Shown: positions 33,385 through 47,148, counted from the whole stretch's first letter. The stretch: 62,883 nt of DNA, filler included, from Chiloscyllium plagiosum (GCF_004010195.1; 5 parts of one record of this genome joined end to end with filler, not necessarily neighbours in it); one strand, 5' to 3'. The notes: a model not told the origin generated them from the letters alone. Made by a program: numbers and translations.

Positions 33385-35235
33385 TTTGCTCCTATTTTTC
33401 TGTTGCATGGATGTTACTGACTGGGCCAGCATTTGTTGCCTGTTCCTAAAAGCCATTGAGAATGCAGTGGTGAGCAGCCTTTTGAGGGCATTCTGAGAGA
33501 TGTAGACACACTCAGTGTTGCTCAGGAGGGGATTCTAGGATTTGGCACAGTGACAATGTTAGAACAGTGAAACGTAAGTCAGGATGGTGAGTGGCATGGA
33601 GGGGAAACCTGCAGGTGGTGCCCTTGCCTGTGTTGGTGGCAGAGATTCTGGGTTTGACAGGAGCAGTCTAAGATGACCTGATGAGTTGCTGCCACTGTGT
33701 AAAAGTGTTAAAGGTTGTGGATGATACGGCAATCAAGCGGGCTGCCTTGTCCAGGATAATACATAAGAACATAAGAGATAGCTGTTGGAATAAGCCCTTT
33801 GACCGCACCCCCACCCCCAAATTCTGCCCCTATTCAACACGGTTTTGGCTGATCTGCCCCAGGCCTCAACTTCTCTTTCATTGGAGCTACCCATAACCTA
33901 ACATTAGAGTCATAGAGATGTACAACATGGAAACAGACCCTTCGGTCCAACCTATCCATGCCGACCAGATATCCCAACTCAATCTAGTCCCACCTGCCAG
34001 TACCAAGCCCATATCCCCCCAAACCCTTCCTATTCATATACCCATCCAAATGCCTTTTAAATGTTGCAATTGTACCAGCTTCCACCACTTCCTCTGACAG
34101 CTCATTCCATACACGTACCACCCTCAGCCTGTTCAGCCTCTCCCTATATCTCAAATCCTCCAACATAACACTGATATTTCAAAAAACTTTGTCTGCTCTT
34201 CAAATAATTTCAGTTTTCACAATACTTTCAACAATTCCAAACATCTACTGCCTCTGGGTGAAGAAATTCCTTCACATCTCAGTTTTAAATGAATGTCCCC
34301 TTATTCTGTAACAATGTCCCCAGTTCAAGATTCCCCACTAGTCCCTGGCTCATTTCCAAATATTAGGACCAGAACTGCGCCCTTCATCACTGGGCTTTCC
34401 TAGTAGTGTCTTAAAAAGTTCTTCTGGATGCAATACAAGACTTTTGCTCCCCTTCCAATCTTGTACACAAACTATCACAATTAACATTTCAGGAGTAATA
34501 ATCCCTGACTATTAATGCCTTCTTATGCTTGCACCACTTTGAATTTTGATTTTATATTTGATCTTCTATGACTCTCGAACTGTTTGGGGTCCTGTACCAC
34601 ACCCAAAAGCTGGTTTGTCCCTTTTACGTTTTCCACTTCTACCGGGAGGGCCTTATTTGATGATCCTTTCAAGATTTCATCCCCCCCCCAAGGATGTAAT
34701 TGATTCCTTGATTAATATTGTGACTTCCCTTCCCTTATATCCTCCTCTCCATCTGAAGAACCTATAATGTGGTATTGCAAATTCTACCCATCGTCCATGG
34801 GCCTATCTATGCCCTCAGCTTGTTTGGTTTCTTCCTCAGACTCTGTGCATTAAAATCTATCCCAGTTAGTCTTGCTAAACTCATTTCTCTCTTATCCAGC
34901 CCATGTTTCCCAATCTATCACAATTCAGATAATTGGCCTTCCTGTTTTTATCACCGAAATGGATAATCAGACATTTATCCATATTGTACTGCATCTGCCA
35001 TGCATTTGCCCACTCACTCAACTTGCCCAAATCACACTGAAGTATCTTTGCATCCTCCTCACTGCTCACCCTCCCAACCACCTCTGTGCCATCGGCAAAT
35101 TTTAGACACTACATTTTGTTCCCTCTTCTAAATCATTAGTGTATTGTGAATAGCAGGGTCCTGGCACTGATCCTTGAGGTACCCCACTATTCGCTCCCTG
35201 CCATTCAGAAAAAGACACTCTATTTCATGTCTGCT
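33385..35235 (-). mobile_element. Cluster of nested LINE fragments (second-family tail, CR1 3' ends, CR1 RT piece)
   Basis: ccagcatttgttgcc tail at 33425; agagtcatagagatgtaca CR1 tail at 33906; ORF 34881-35081 LQCDLGKLSEWANAWQMQYNMDKC. Confidence 0.8.
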
Positions 35236-35429
35236 AACCTTTTTTTTTTCATCCGTTTCTATGCAACCTGTCCAACTTGTACAGGTCACATGTCCTGCAG
35301 AAACAGTCCCAATGCCTCCGAGTCTTCAACCGGTCCTTCTACACCATTTCTCCAGCCATAGATTCACTTTCATTTCATGACACTAGGTTAATCTGAAGGA
35401 TCGCACCAGCACTGAGGTTCATACACCAC

Positions 35430-35820
35430 ATTACTCACTTGTGTGAGAGGAGAAAATCTTTTTGTCTTGTTGACAGCTCCTGTTGTGGTGAACACTACCC
35501 ATGTTCCTCCTGCATAGAAGCAGCATGAGATGGCCAACTTCACCTTTGTTCAAACTTTTGGAATACTTTACTCTTCCAGGGTCATCTGAGCTAGACTGGG
35601 CAATTAATACTGTTTACAATAATTTGAATTTGAATTTTCTGACATGTCTTAATGGGCTCCATCATACACTCAATTTCACATGTGAAATGGAAAAACCAGC
35701 CTCCCTTCCTTCAAGTCTTAATTGAGAAATCAACCTGGGATTCATTACTACTGTCAATTATAAACATATCTTCGCTAGTTAGAAATCACATTGGAATTTC
35801 TATAGTTCCACATGTAGCAA
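35430..35820. mobile_element. Old PLE fragments in both orientations
   Basis: FLTCLNGLHHTLNFTCEME..LP(F)L motif at 35630-35720. Confidence 0.55.
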
Positions 35821-35849
35821 CAAGGAACCCAAGCAGAAATGGAGTCAAT

Positions 35850-37262
35850 GGGAAGCTGGGGGGAAATTCTTGACTGATTGGAGTCATATCTACCACACAG
35901 GAAGATGGCTGAAGTTGTTGGAGGTCAATCATCTCAGTGCAAGGACATTCGTTTCTCAAAGTAGTGTCACAGCCAAGGCCGAACTGTCTTCAGCTGCTTC
36001 ATCAATGACCTTTCCTTCCAATGGAGAGTCAGAAGTGGGGTTAATTTGAAATGTTCAACATCTTTCATCAAAATCCTGGACAATAGTTTGGATCATATAA
36101 GTGCCATACAATAACCAACTACAGCAAGAGAAAAACCAACCACCTGATTTTTAAAATTATTGGCATTACCATTGCCTAATTCCTCACGAACATCCCGGGT
36201 TAACTGTTCAGAAACTAGATTGTTGATAGTGTGGTTATGAATATGGAATACTTGCCTTTAATAGTCAAGACCTTGAATACAAGGGCAAAGAAGTAGCGAT
36301 GGAGCTATTAAGTAATATTTGGCTAGACCGCAGCTGGAATATTGTATGAATTTCTGGTCTCAACACTAGGAAGGATGTGATTGCATTGGAGAGGATACAA
36401 AGGAGCTTCACCAGGACATTGTAAGCTGGAATGATTCAGCGATGAAGAGACACTGGATAGGTTGGGATTGTTTATCTTAGATTGGAGAAAACTGAGGGGG
36501 ATCTTGATTGAGGTTTACAAAGTTATGAATGTCATAATTCGGATAGATAGGAAGAAACCATGGGTGTCTGATGTTTAGTCAGGGGGACCAGTTTAAAGGT
36601 AAGGAGTAAAAGGTTTAGATGGAATTTGAGGAACAAGGTTTACTCCAGAGGGCTCTGAGGAAGGATCCCTGGACCTGAAATGTTAACTCTGATAGGAGGC
36701 AGCACAGTGGCTTGGCACAGCACTGCTGCCTTGCAGCACCAGAGACCCAGATTCAATTCCAGCCTCAGGTGACTGACTGACTGATTGTGTGGAGTTTGCA
36801 CATTCTCCCCACGTCTGCATGATTTCCTCCCACAGTCCAAAGACGTGCAGGTTAGGTGGGTTGGCTATGGGAAATACATGATTACAAAAATGGGGTGGGT
36901 CTGGGTGGAATGTCCTTCAGAGGGTCAGTGTGGATTTGATGGGCTTAATGGCCTTCTTCCACACGGTAGGGATTCTGTGATTTCTCTTCACAGATGCTGC
37001 CAGACCTGCTGAACTTTTCCAGCAATTTCTATTTTTGTTTTTAATCCAGAGGGTAATGGATATCTGGAATTCACTTCCTATAAGGCAGAGGCAGAAATCC
37101 TCAAGGCATTTAATAAGTATTTAGATGAGTCCTTGAATCACCATAGCATACAGGGCTACAGGCCAAGTGCTGGAAAATAGGATTGGAATAGATGGCTGTT
37201 TGGTGACCAGAGTGGACATGATGGGCATAATAGCCTCTGTCCATGCAGTTGAAACTGTCTGA
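35850..37262 (+). mobile_element. Second-family LINE RT piece followed by CR1 3' fragment, with nested inserts at 36653-37044
   Basis: TVFSCFINDL-like and RPQLEYCM.FWS-like motifs; the CR1 resumes after the tccagaggg duplication. Confidence 0.8.
36653..37044 (+). mobile_element. PLE-terminus element (degenerate hammerhead 36655-36684) with HE1 SINE (36695-36980) nested inside
   Basis: CTGAGGAAGGATCCCTGGACCTGAAATGTT; direct repeat tccagaggg at 36644-36652 and 37045-37053. Confidence 0.85.
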
Positions 37263-37279
37263 CTCACTCTCTACTCTGG

Positions 37280-37372
37280 AGAAAGTGAGGACTGCAGATG
37301 CTGGCGATCAGAGTTGAAAAGGACAGCAGGCCAGGCCTGACCTGCTGCGCTTTTCCAGAGCCACCCTCTTTT
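37280..37372. mobile_element. Very short fold-back PLE-terminus element
   Basis: ggagaaagtgaggactgcagatgctgg tail then inverted ctgacctgctgcgcttttccag; flanked by tctactct repeats. Confidence 0.7.
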
Positions 37373-38447
37373 TCTACTCTACCATACTGTCTGGGTTAGC
37401 CATATAAATATTGTGATTATAAAAGCAGATCAGAGGCTTGGAATCCTGCAGCGGGTAACTCAGCTCTTGACTCCCCAAAGCCTCCTTACCATCTCCAAGA
37501 CACAAATCAGGAGTGCGATGGAATATTTCCCATTTACCTGGATGGGTGCAGCTCCAACAACACTCTAGAAACTTGACACCATCCACTTTGGTCATCAATT
37601 TTATTGCCCATCCCTAATTTCCTTTAAAATGGCAGTGGTTAGCTCCCTTTTTAACCAATGTGGGATAGTCTGCAACTCCCATTCTAACAGCATTGTGTTG
37701 TTACAAATACAATTGCTGTTGAAGACCCAAAGTGCCTTGTTGATGTCAGTGTCTATATTTACTTTAACCCTATTCCATTTAACATGGTGGTAGTGCCACA
37801 AAATACTATGGAACATGTCTTTGGTGTGAATATGGGATTTCAGCTCCAGCTATACTCTCATGGGTAGATGCAAATAAGACAAGTAGATTGTTAAAGACCT
37901 GATTATATAGATTTTTTTTTTTCTATGTCACTGGCAAATCTGACAGATTGGTTCTTCAGATTTTGATTAGCTTATACTGACCAGCTACTGAGTTTGAAAT
38001 TGAATTCTCCTCCCACAGTACATTTTGTATCTTTGCATCTTCAGTGCTTGTTTCATGTGCAGTTCAACATGGACAAATTCATCAGCTGAAGCATGGCAGG
38101 AGATTGGGGCGGTCATCAACACAAGGTTTCCTGCCCATATTTAACCTGATGTCATGAGATTTCATACAGACTGCAGTCAATGTAGAGGACTCCCTTGTCT
38201 GACGATGTCACGCTGTTGCTCGAATCGTTTGTGAGACTAAACTAATCATAATTCTCCCATTTTGTCAAACAAATCTATTACTGAGGCTAATGACTTCCTT
38301 AACATTTATTAATTGAGTATCAATTCCACCGGCTGTCTTGGTGGTTTATGAACTCTTGTCCTCAGGACATTAATCAGGCTTTAGGATTACTAATCTAGTA
38401 ATATGACCACAATGTTACTATTCTACGGGTGTAATACTTCAAAAATG

Positions 38448-38765
38448 CTGACCCTCACCCACTGACCCTCACCCACTGACCCTCACCCACTGACCCTCAC
38501 CCACTGACCCTCACCCACTGATCTTCATCCACTAACCTTCACACTGAAGTTTACTCACTACTGCTCACTCATTCATCCTCGCGCACACCTACCCTCGCTC
38601 AAATACTGACTCTCAGACACTGGCTCTCACTAACTGAACCTCACTTATTGACCCTCACACAGACTGCCCCCCCCTTAGTCACTGATTCTCATTCACTGAC
38701 CTTTACTCACTGTCCCTCCCTCTTGACCTTCTCACAGACTGGCCCTCACTCACTGATTGTCACTC
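38448..38765. repeat. 14-nt tandem repeat (ctgaccctcaccca)n decaying to ccctcactcactga; related arrays at 39600-39680 (reverse) and 40635-40820
   Basis: Five perfect units from 38448, then degenerate copies. Confidence 0.9.
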
Positions 38766-40635
38766 ATAGAGTCATTCTGCATGGAAACAGACTCTTCAGT
38801 CCAACTCAACCATGCCTGGCAGGTATCCTAAACTGAACTAGTCCAATTTGCCATTTGGCCCAGATCCCTCTAAACGTTTCCTATTCATACACCTGTCTAA
38901 ATGATTTTAAATATTATAATTGTAATTGTACCCACCTCTACCGTTTCCTCTAGCAGCTGGTTCCATACACGCACCACCCTTTGTGTGACAGTTGTTCTTC
39001 AGGTCCCTTTCAAATCTTTCCCCTCTCCCCTTAATCCTAAACCTTGTCATATTGGACTCCCCTACCCTTGGAAAAAGACCTTGGCTATTCACACTATCGA
39101 TGCACCTCATGATTTTATAAACCTCTATAAGGTCACCTCTCAGCCTCCGATGAAAAGGAAGCCTCAGCCTATCCAGTCTCTCTTTCTAACTCAAACACTC
39201 CAGTCTCCGCAATATCCTGGTAATTTCTTTCTGTACCTTTTCTAGTTTAACAACATCCTTCATATAGTAAGATGACTAGAATTGAGAGCAGTTTTCTAAA
39301 ATTGGCCTCGCCAATGCCTATACCAGCATGTTCCAACTCCTACATTCAATGCTCCAACCAGTGAAGTGCCAAACGTGTTCTTCACCACTCTGTCTACCTC
39401 CGAAGTTTCTTGAAAGTGGCTATGAACATGCACCCCTACGTCCCTCTGTTCAAAAATAATCCCCAGGGCCCTACCATTAATTGTGGAAGTCCTGCCTGGA
39501 CTTGCTTTACCAACACCTTGCATTTATCTAAATTAAACTCCACCTGCTACTTCTCAGCCCATTGGCTTCTCTAATCAAAATGTACTTGGTGCAGGTATGA
39601 ATTTGAGTAAAGATCAATGAATGAGGGTCAGTGAGTGAGGGATCATTGAATGAGTGAAGATTAGTGACTGAGTGAGTACTCTGCAATCTTAAATAACTTT
39701 CTTCACAGTTCAGGGTGAATTTTGGTGTCATCTACAAACTTACTATCCATATCCCTTATACTCTCAACCAAATTGTTGATATAAATGTCAAACTTCAGTG
39801 AACCCAGAATTGATCTTTGTGGCTCATCCTTAGTCTTTCTTAAACTGTGGCACAACATTAGCCACTCTCCAGTCCTCTAGCACTTCACCTATGGCTCACT
39901 ACCCCTCACTCATAGAGTCATAGAGATGTACAGCATGGAACCAAACCTTCGGTCCAACTTTTTTAGATTAGATTAGATTACATTTCTGTGGAAACAGGCC
40001 CTTCAGCCCAACAAGTCCACACCAACCCGCCGAAGTGCAACCCACCCCTACCCCTACATTTACCCCTTACCTAACACTACGGGCAATTTAGCATAGCCAA
40101 TTCACCTGACCTGCACATCTTTGGACTGTGGGAGGAAACCGGAGCACCCGGAGGAAACCCACGCAGACACAGGGAGAACGTGCAAACTCCACACAGTCAG
40201 TCGCCTGAGGCGGGAATTGAACCTGGGTCTCCAGCGCTGTGAGGCAGCAGTGCTAACCACTGTGCCACTGTGCCACCGTGCCGCCCACAACTTGTCCATG
40301 CTAACCAGATATTCTAAATAAATTTAGTCCTATTTGCCAGTATTTGGTCAATATCCCTCCAAACCCTTCCCATTCATATACCCATCCAAATGCCTCTTAA
40401 ATGTTGTAATTGTACCAACCTCCACCACTTCCTCTGGCAGCTCATTCCATACACATACCACCCTCTGTGTGAAAAGGTTGCCCCTTAGGTCTCTTTTATA
40501 TCTTTCCCCTCTCACCCTAAACCTATGTGGTCTAGTTTTAGACTCCACGACCCCTTGTCTATTTTCCCTATCCATGCCCCTCATGATTTTATAAACTTCT
40601 GTAAGGTCACCCCTCAGCCTCCGATGCTCCTGCAT
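38765..40635 (-). mobile_element. Two CR1 3' fragments; the second (39912-40635) contains an HE1 SINE
   Basis: ORFs 38907-39110 and 40348-40635 (RRLRGDLTEVYKIMRG..LFTQRVVCVWNELP). Confidence 0.88.
39963..40286 (-). mobile_element. HE1-type SINE, young
   Basis: (ttaga)n tail, CpG-retaining head; target duplication ccaactt/acaactt. Confidence 0.95.
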
Positions 40636-40819
40636 TGACCCTCAATCATTCAATGATCCCTCACTCACTGACCCTTACTCACTCTCAGATCTTCACTCAC
40701 TGTCTCACTGACCCTCACTCAGTCACTGACCATCACTCCCTTATTCATTCAATGATCCCTCACTCTCACTAACCTTCACTCCCTTACTGACCCTCACTCC
40801 CTCACTGACCCTCACCCTC

Positions 40820-41300
40820 TGATATTCCCCCGTCTCGTCTTTTTTCCCTCCTCTCTCCGGGACCTTGCTGTTTTCTCCCCGAGCCCGATCTTCGCTGAGT
40901 CGCTGCAGTTTATCGCTCACCTCCTGTCGGACCAGGACCCAGTAATCATCCGCCTGCCGACTATTGATTTCTTCCAGTTTCATCCTGAATCTGGACATTG
41001 TCGTTAACTTCACCTGAAAGGATGCAATGGTGCAGTCTCTGAGCCGGGCGAGTGGTAAGGGATCAGTCTCATCCCATGGGCAGCAGCAGCAGCACGGCCG
41101 GGGTCTGGTGTTTGGAGTCTGGGGTCTGAGATGCCTGGGGGCTGCTCAGCACAGACTCTCTCACACCCACCAGCTCCTTCTCTAACTGCTGCCTCTGAGC
41201 TCACACTGCCTCTTTGTTACGTGGCTATTGCCTGGCCGCAGCCACTGCCCAATGTTGAGCTTGTTGAGAACTCGATCCGCTCACCAACTCTCAGCTCAAC
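40820..41300. promoter_or_regulatory. CpG-rich unique island, probable promoter/5' exon of a minus-strand gene
   Basis: Non-repetitive, CpG-enriched, with a strong minus-strand donor. Confidence 0.5.
40921..40998 (-). CDS. Candidate first coding exon of an unidentified host gene (MSRFRMKLEEINSRQADDYWVLVRQE)
   Basis: ACAATGT start (A at -3) at 40998; 26 codons ending at phase 0 on GAG|GTGAGC; possible acceptor CCTTTCAG| just upstream at 41014. Confidence 0.4.
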
Positions 41301-41898
41301 AAGTCAGTCATTAGAACCAGGCTTTCAAGAACAATAATTCCCAGTTCTGTTACCCAGGAAACGAACGAGCCAAGAACATTAACACGAAACAAAAACAGGA
41401 ATTGCTGGAAGAAAATTAATACTACAGCTATCTCTAACCCAAACTTTAGACCAACCAAAACTAAATCGTCAGAACATACATTTATTTATTCACTTGTGAG
41501 ATGTGTGCATCAGTGGCTGGGCCCAGCATTTATTGCCCGTCCTTAGTTGCTCTTGACAAGGTGGGGGTGAGTCGCCTTTTTGAACCGCTGCAGTCCACAT
41601 GTTCTCGATAGATTCACAATGCCATTTGGGAGGAATTCCAAATTTACAGGGAACATGGTTCAGAAGGTATGGTCTAAGGATCTTTGGTGAATTTCTGCAG
41701 TTCATCATTTAGACAGTGTACAGTGTTGCTACTGAGTGTGGTGGTGGAGGGATTGGATGTTTGTGGATATGGTACCAACCAAGTGGGCTGCTTTGTCCTG
41801 AATAGTGTCAAGTTTCTTGAGTGTTGTTGGAGCTTCACCCATCCAGGAAAGTGGAGAGTATTCTCTAATACACTCGTGACTTGTGTCTTGTAGATGGT

Positions 41899-42889
41899 CC
41901 TCCACTGCATCTCTTCCACTTCCTGCTCCTCCGCCCTTGAGCCCCGCCCCTCCAACCGCCACCAGGACAGAACCCCACTGGTCCTCACCTACCACCCCAC
42001 CAACCTCCATCTACAACGTATCATCTGCTGTCATTTCCGCCACCTCCAAAAGGACCCCACCACCAGGGATATATTTCCCTCCCCTCCCTTATCAGCGGTC
42101 CAAAAAGACCACTCCCTCCGTGACTCCCTCGTCAGGTCCACACCCCCCACCAACCCAACCTCCACTCCCGGCACCTTCCCCTGCAACCGCAAGAAATGCA
42201 AAACTTGCGCCCACACCTCCCCCTTTACTTCCCTCCAAGGCCCCAAGGGACACTTCCATATCCGCCACAAATTCACCTGCACCTCCACACACATCATCTA
42301 ATGCATCCGCTGCACCCAATGTGGCATCCTCTATATTGGGGAGACAGGCCGTCTACTTGCGGAACGTTTCAGAGAACACTTCTGGGACACCCGGACCAAC
42401 CAACCCAACCACCCCATAGCCCAACACTTTAACTCCCCCTCCCACTTCACCAAGGACATGCAGGTCCTTGGACTCCTCCGTCGCCAGACCATGGTAACAC
42501 GACGGTTGGAGGAAGAGCGCCTCATCTTCTGCCTGGGAACCCTCCAACCACAAGGGATGAACTCGGATTTCTCCAGTTTCCTCAATACCCCTCCCTCCAC
42601 CTTGTCTCAGTCAAATCCCTCGAACTCAGCACCGCCGTCCTAACCTGCAATCTTCTTCCTGACCTCTCCGCCCCCACCCGACTCCGGCCTATCACCCTCA
42701 CCTTGACCTCCCTCCACCTATCGCATTCCCAACGCCCCTCCCCCAAGTCCCTCCTCCCTACCTTTTTATCTTAGCCTGCTGGACACACTTTCCTAATTCC
42801 TGAAGAAGGGCTTATGCCCGAAACGTCGATTCTCCTGTTCCTGGAATGCTGCCTGACCTGCTGCGCTTTTCCAGCAACACATTTTCAGC
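41899..42889 (+). mobile_element. Young 5'-truncated Penelope-like element: Cys-rich linker, GIY-YIG endonuclease, 3' UTR with hammerhead
   Basis: PGTFPCNRKKCKTC..FTCTSTHII*CIRCTQCGILYIGETGRLLAERFREH..RRLEEERLIFCLGTLQPQGMN; 13-nt target duplication tcttgtagatggt at 41886-41898 and 42890-42902. Confidence 0.95.
42795..42832 (+). ncRNA. Minimal type I hammerhead ribozyme motif in PLE 3' UTR
   Basis: CUGAAGA(42800)-A-GGGC-UUAU-GCCC-GAAA-CGUC(42827); predicted cut after GUC. Confidence 0.75.
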
Positions 42890-43084
42890 TCTTGTAGATG
42901 GTGGACATGTTTATGGGAGTCAGGAAGTGAGTTACGTATTTGTAGCTACTGTATTTATATGGCTTTTCTTTCTGTACTTATCCATGGGATAAAGGTGTTG
43001 CTGGTTAGGCAGCATTTATTGCCCATTCCTAATTGCCCAGCAGAGCAGTTAAGCATCACCCACATTGCTGTAGGTCTGGAGTCT

Positions 43085-44530
43085 GTTTTAGGTTTTATTA
43101 ATAGGGGCACAGACTTCAAAAGCAAAGAGCATATTTTAAATTTTGATAAAACATTAGGTCAGTGACAGAATTGTTTCTAGTTCTAGGCACCACATTCTGA
43201 GAACGATATATAAGTCAACAGTTAGAATACATGAAAGCTTCATAATGATGGTTCCAGGGATGAGGAACTTCAGATTTGAAGATAGATTGGAGACATATGA
43301 GTGGGTTCCAGAGAAGAGTCATTGAACTTAAAACATTAATCTACTTCTCTCATCAGATGATGCCAGACCTGCTGAGTTTCTCCTGTACTCTGTGTTTGTT
43401 TCAGATTTCCAGCATATTTTGCTTTCACTGGAAAAAAAAGGGACCATTTACCTTGGAGAAGAGGAGGTTGACAGGATATTTTATTAAGGTATTCAAAATC
43501 ATGAGGTGTTTACCCCCAGTGGTAGAAAGGGTTGAGAATGAGAGGGCACAGATGTAAGGTAATTGTAAAAATAAACAATGGAGATATGAGGAGGAAGGTT
43601 TTTCAAACAGTGAGTCATTAGGAATGCGTTGCCTGACAGTGTGGTGCTGGCAGATTCAATAATAAATTGGAGGGTATTTTATTATAATATGAAAAGAGAG
43701 AGTGTGTTACAGGGAGAAGTTGGGGAGACACTCAAGGTGAATTACTCATATATAGAGAGCCAGCACAGACATAACGGGCTGCATGGCCTCTTTCTGTATT
43801 GTAAAAGTTCTACGATTCTGTAAGTAATTATAAAAGGCCTACACGTGACTCCAGACCAACAACAATGTGGTTGACTTTTAACTGACCCCTGGGCAATTAG
43901 AGCTCAACAATAAATGCTGGCCGAGCCTGCAACTCTCTCATCCTGCGAACAAATGTTTGAAAAAATGTCAATAGTAGACTTAAGGTTTTGGCCAAGAGAT
44001 TCTTGGGGGGTATGAAAAAGAAGTTTACACAATGGGTGGTAATAAGTTTGAATTCAGTATCTATGAGGATGGTGGAAGCCATCAATCATATTGAAAATAA
44101 ATTGGATGGATACTTGAGGGAAATAAAGTTGCAGGGCCAAGGAAATACAGCAAGATGATTGCAATTCAGATGATTTCTCCACAATAAACTGGCATGACTC
44201 AGTGAGCCATATGACCCCGTTCTGTGCCCTAATGGCTCTGGATCAGTATGGCTCCAATAGCATTGATGATCTTCATCACTATCCATTTCAAAGCCCCCAG
44301 TTTGATGTACATTACATCCACCATTTAAATATGCACTCTCTCCACCACTGATGCTGAGTAGCAGCAGTGTGTATGTTTACAAAATGCACAATAGAAACTC
44401 AGTCTTCTTCAACAGCATCCTCCAAAACCATAACCCCTTCTGTCTAAAAGGATAAGGGCAGCAGATACATGGGAACACCACCATCTGAAAATTCCCCTCC
44501 AAGCCACTCACCATCCTGACTTGGAAATAT
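43085..44530 (+). mobile_element. Old CR1 3' fragments with nested PLE terminus (43300-43425), bipartite SINE piece (43835-43960) and second-family LINE tail (44310-44530)
   Basis: FTLEKRRLTGYFIKVFKIMR; gtgactccagaccaacaacaatgtggttgac core; aagccactcaccatcctgacttggaaatat. Confidence 0.75.
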
Positions 44531-45582
44531 AGAACATAGAACATAGAACATAGAACAATACAGCACAGAACAGGCCCTTCGGCCCACGATGTTGTGCCGA
44601 ACTTCTAACCTAGATTAAGTACCCATCCATGTACCTATCCAAATGCCGCTTAAAGGTCGCCAATGATTCCGACTCTACCACTCCCACGGGCAGCGCACTC
44701 CATGCNNNNNNNNNNNNNNNNNNNNNNNNNNNNNNNNNNNNNNNNNNNNTTAATTAATTAANNNNNNNNNNNNNNNNNNNNNNNNNNNNNNNNNNNNNNN
44801 NNNNNTTTTTTTTGCCTTTGTGGTTCTTCAATTCCACCCACACAGACTCCACATCATCCGCCGCTATGTCATTCAATACCATAGATTTAATTTTGTTCTT
44901 AACTAACAAGGCAACCCCACCCCCTTTGCCCACCTCTCTGTCTTTTCGATAAGTTGAAAGACCATGGAGGTTTAACTGCCAGTCCTGACCCCCCTGTAAC
45001 CAAGTCTCTGTGATGCCTACTACATCATAATCATTCACTATTATCTGTGCCATTAGTTCATCGGCTTTGTTATGTATGCTACGAGCATTCAGGTAAAGTG
45101 CCTTAATGCTAACTTCCTTATCATTAGAGATGTTGGAAGTCATATGTCCTAAGTTATCCTTGCTTTTTACTGTATTCTCAGTCTGCCTCAATTTTAAATC
45201 CGCCTGGAAACATGCTATCCTGCTGCTTATCTTTCCATTTAACTCCATACTTCCTGTCGCTTTCACTTTCCCTTCCCCCCAACTCAGAGGTTTAAAGACC
45301 TACTGACCACCCTATTTATCCTCTTCACTAGAACATTGGTACCTGATCGGTTCAGGTGGAGACCGTCCCAACGGTACAGATCCCCCCGGTTCCAAAACTG
45401 ATGCCAATGCCCCATGAAGTGGAATCCCTCTTTCCCACACCAATCCCTTAGCCACGTGTTTACTTCCCTAATTTTCTTATCCCTATGCCAATTGGCACGT
45501 GGCTCGGGCAGCAATCCAGAGATTATGACCCTTGAGGACCTGTACTTCAATTTCCTTCCTAGTGCTCGATAATCCCCAAACA
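44529..45582 (-). mobile_element. Young CR1 spanning a gap: 3' end with (agaacat)n tail and ORF1 esterase/APE start
   Basis: RVIISGLLPEPRANWHRDKKIREVN..DGLHLN; ALYLNARSIHNK..DVVGITETWLQ; same subfamily as 10737-14705. Confidence 0.9.
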
Positions 45583-46929
45583 GGGGTGGAAGATGACCAC
45601 CAGTATATCTTATATTCCTAGGGCCACTTCCTTATGTACTCTGGGATGTAGACTCTCAGGCCCTAGGAATTTACCCACCTTCAATCTCTTTCACTTTCCC
45701 CAACTTCATTTCCCTCCTAATACTGATTTGATTCAGTTCCTCTCTCTTGTTAAACCCTGTGCTCCCCAACATTTCTCGGATGTTATTTTTGTCTTCCTTT
45801 GTGAACACAGAACCAAAGTGTGTAGCTGTAAAAAAGCAGTTATACATAACCCTGGTTGGAGCTCACTTGGAGCACTGTGAGCAGACCTGGGCACCACACC
45901 TTCAGACTTGGAGGGTGTACAACATAGGTTCACAAAAATGACACCTGGATTTCAGGGGTTACATTATAAGAGATTATACAAATTAGGCCTAGTTTCTCTA
46001 GAATTTAGAAGGATAAGGGTTGATCTGATCAAAGTTTTCAAGATATTCTGGTAGGACTGAAGGGTCTGTTTCCATTCAGTATGACTCTGCATTAACAGAC
46101 AAAGACAGGGTAGATAAGCTGTTTCCACTGGTTGGGGATTCCAGAACTAGGGGCACAGTCTGAGAATTAGGGCCAGACCGTTCAGGAGAAAAGTGAGGAA
46201 GCACTTCCACACACAAAATTTGGGAGAGGTTTGGAATTCTCTTCCACAAACAGCAATGGATGCTGGATTAGTCATTAACTTTAAATCTAAGATAGATAAA
46301 ATTTTGTTAAGCAAATGTATTAGGGGATATGGGCCATAAGCAGGTATGTGGGGTTAGGCCACGGATCAGCCATGATCTCACTGAAAGGTGGAACAAGCAC
46401 AAGGGCTAAAGGGCCTACTCCTGTTTCTATGCATTTAATTGGTCAGATGTTTCTTTATTCCCCATTATAAATTTCCCTGCTTGCTACAGTAAAGAACCTA
46501 CATTTATCTTCACTAATCTTGTGTCTTCATATACCTACAGAAACTTTGACAGTCAGTTTGTATGTCCCCCACACGCTTACTCTCACGTTCCATTTTCCCT
46601 TTCTTAAGAAATCCTTTTGTTCTCCTTTACTGAATGCTCAACTGCTCCCTCTCCTCAGGTCTGTTGTTTTTGTCTGGTCATTGTGTATGCCTCTTCTTTG
46701 GATTGAACACTATCCCTGCTTTCCATTATAACGCCATGGTTAGGTCACTTTCCCGTTTTACTTTTGCACCAAACAGGATTGAGTAATTCTTGCAGATCCC
46801 ACATGTGCTCTTTGAATGTTTTCCATTGTCTTTCACCATCATCCCTTTAAATAACATTCCTCAATCTATCGTAGTCACCTTTATAATTTCCTCTGTTTTT
46901 ATTCAGGACACTAGTCTCAGAATCAACTA

Positions 46930-47148
46930 CAGTTGGTTCTGCTGTAACATGTGCTTCTTCAGCGCAAATTGGATTTGAAACAAAGAATTTAGACCTCGAT
47001 TTGTAGAATGCGAACTTTCCTCATCTGTGTTGGCTGTAACACGATTCCAGCCCCATTAATTTAAATGGAGTGGCTGCTGCGTGATTTACTTATAATGCGA
47101 GATCACACAAGAACTGAACTATCATATTACATCAGAACCAACTAACTG
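46930..47148. mobile_element. Tigger/pogo-like MITE
   Basis: TA|cagttggttctg ... cagaaccaact(aact)g|TA terminal inverted repeats with TA duplication. Confidence 0.8.

Larger units (their letters stand above)
41485..42960 (-). mobile_element. Second-family LINE 3' end, interrupted by a PLE
   Basis: YSPLSWMGEAPTTLKKLDTIQDKAAHLVG; tail ctgcagcggttcaa..ggcaataaatgctggg. Confidence 0.85.
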
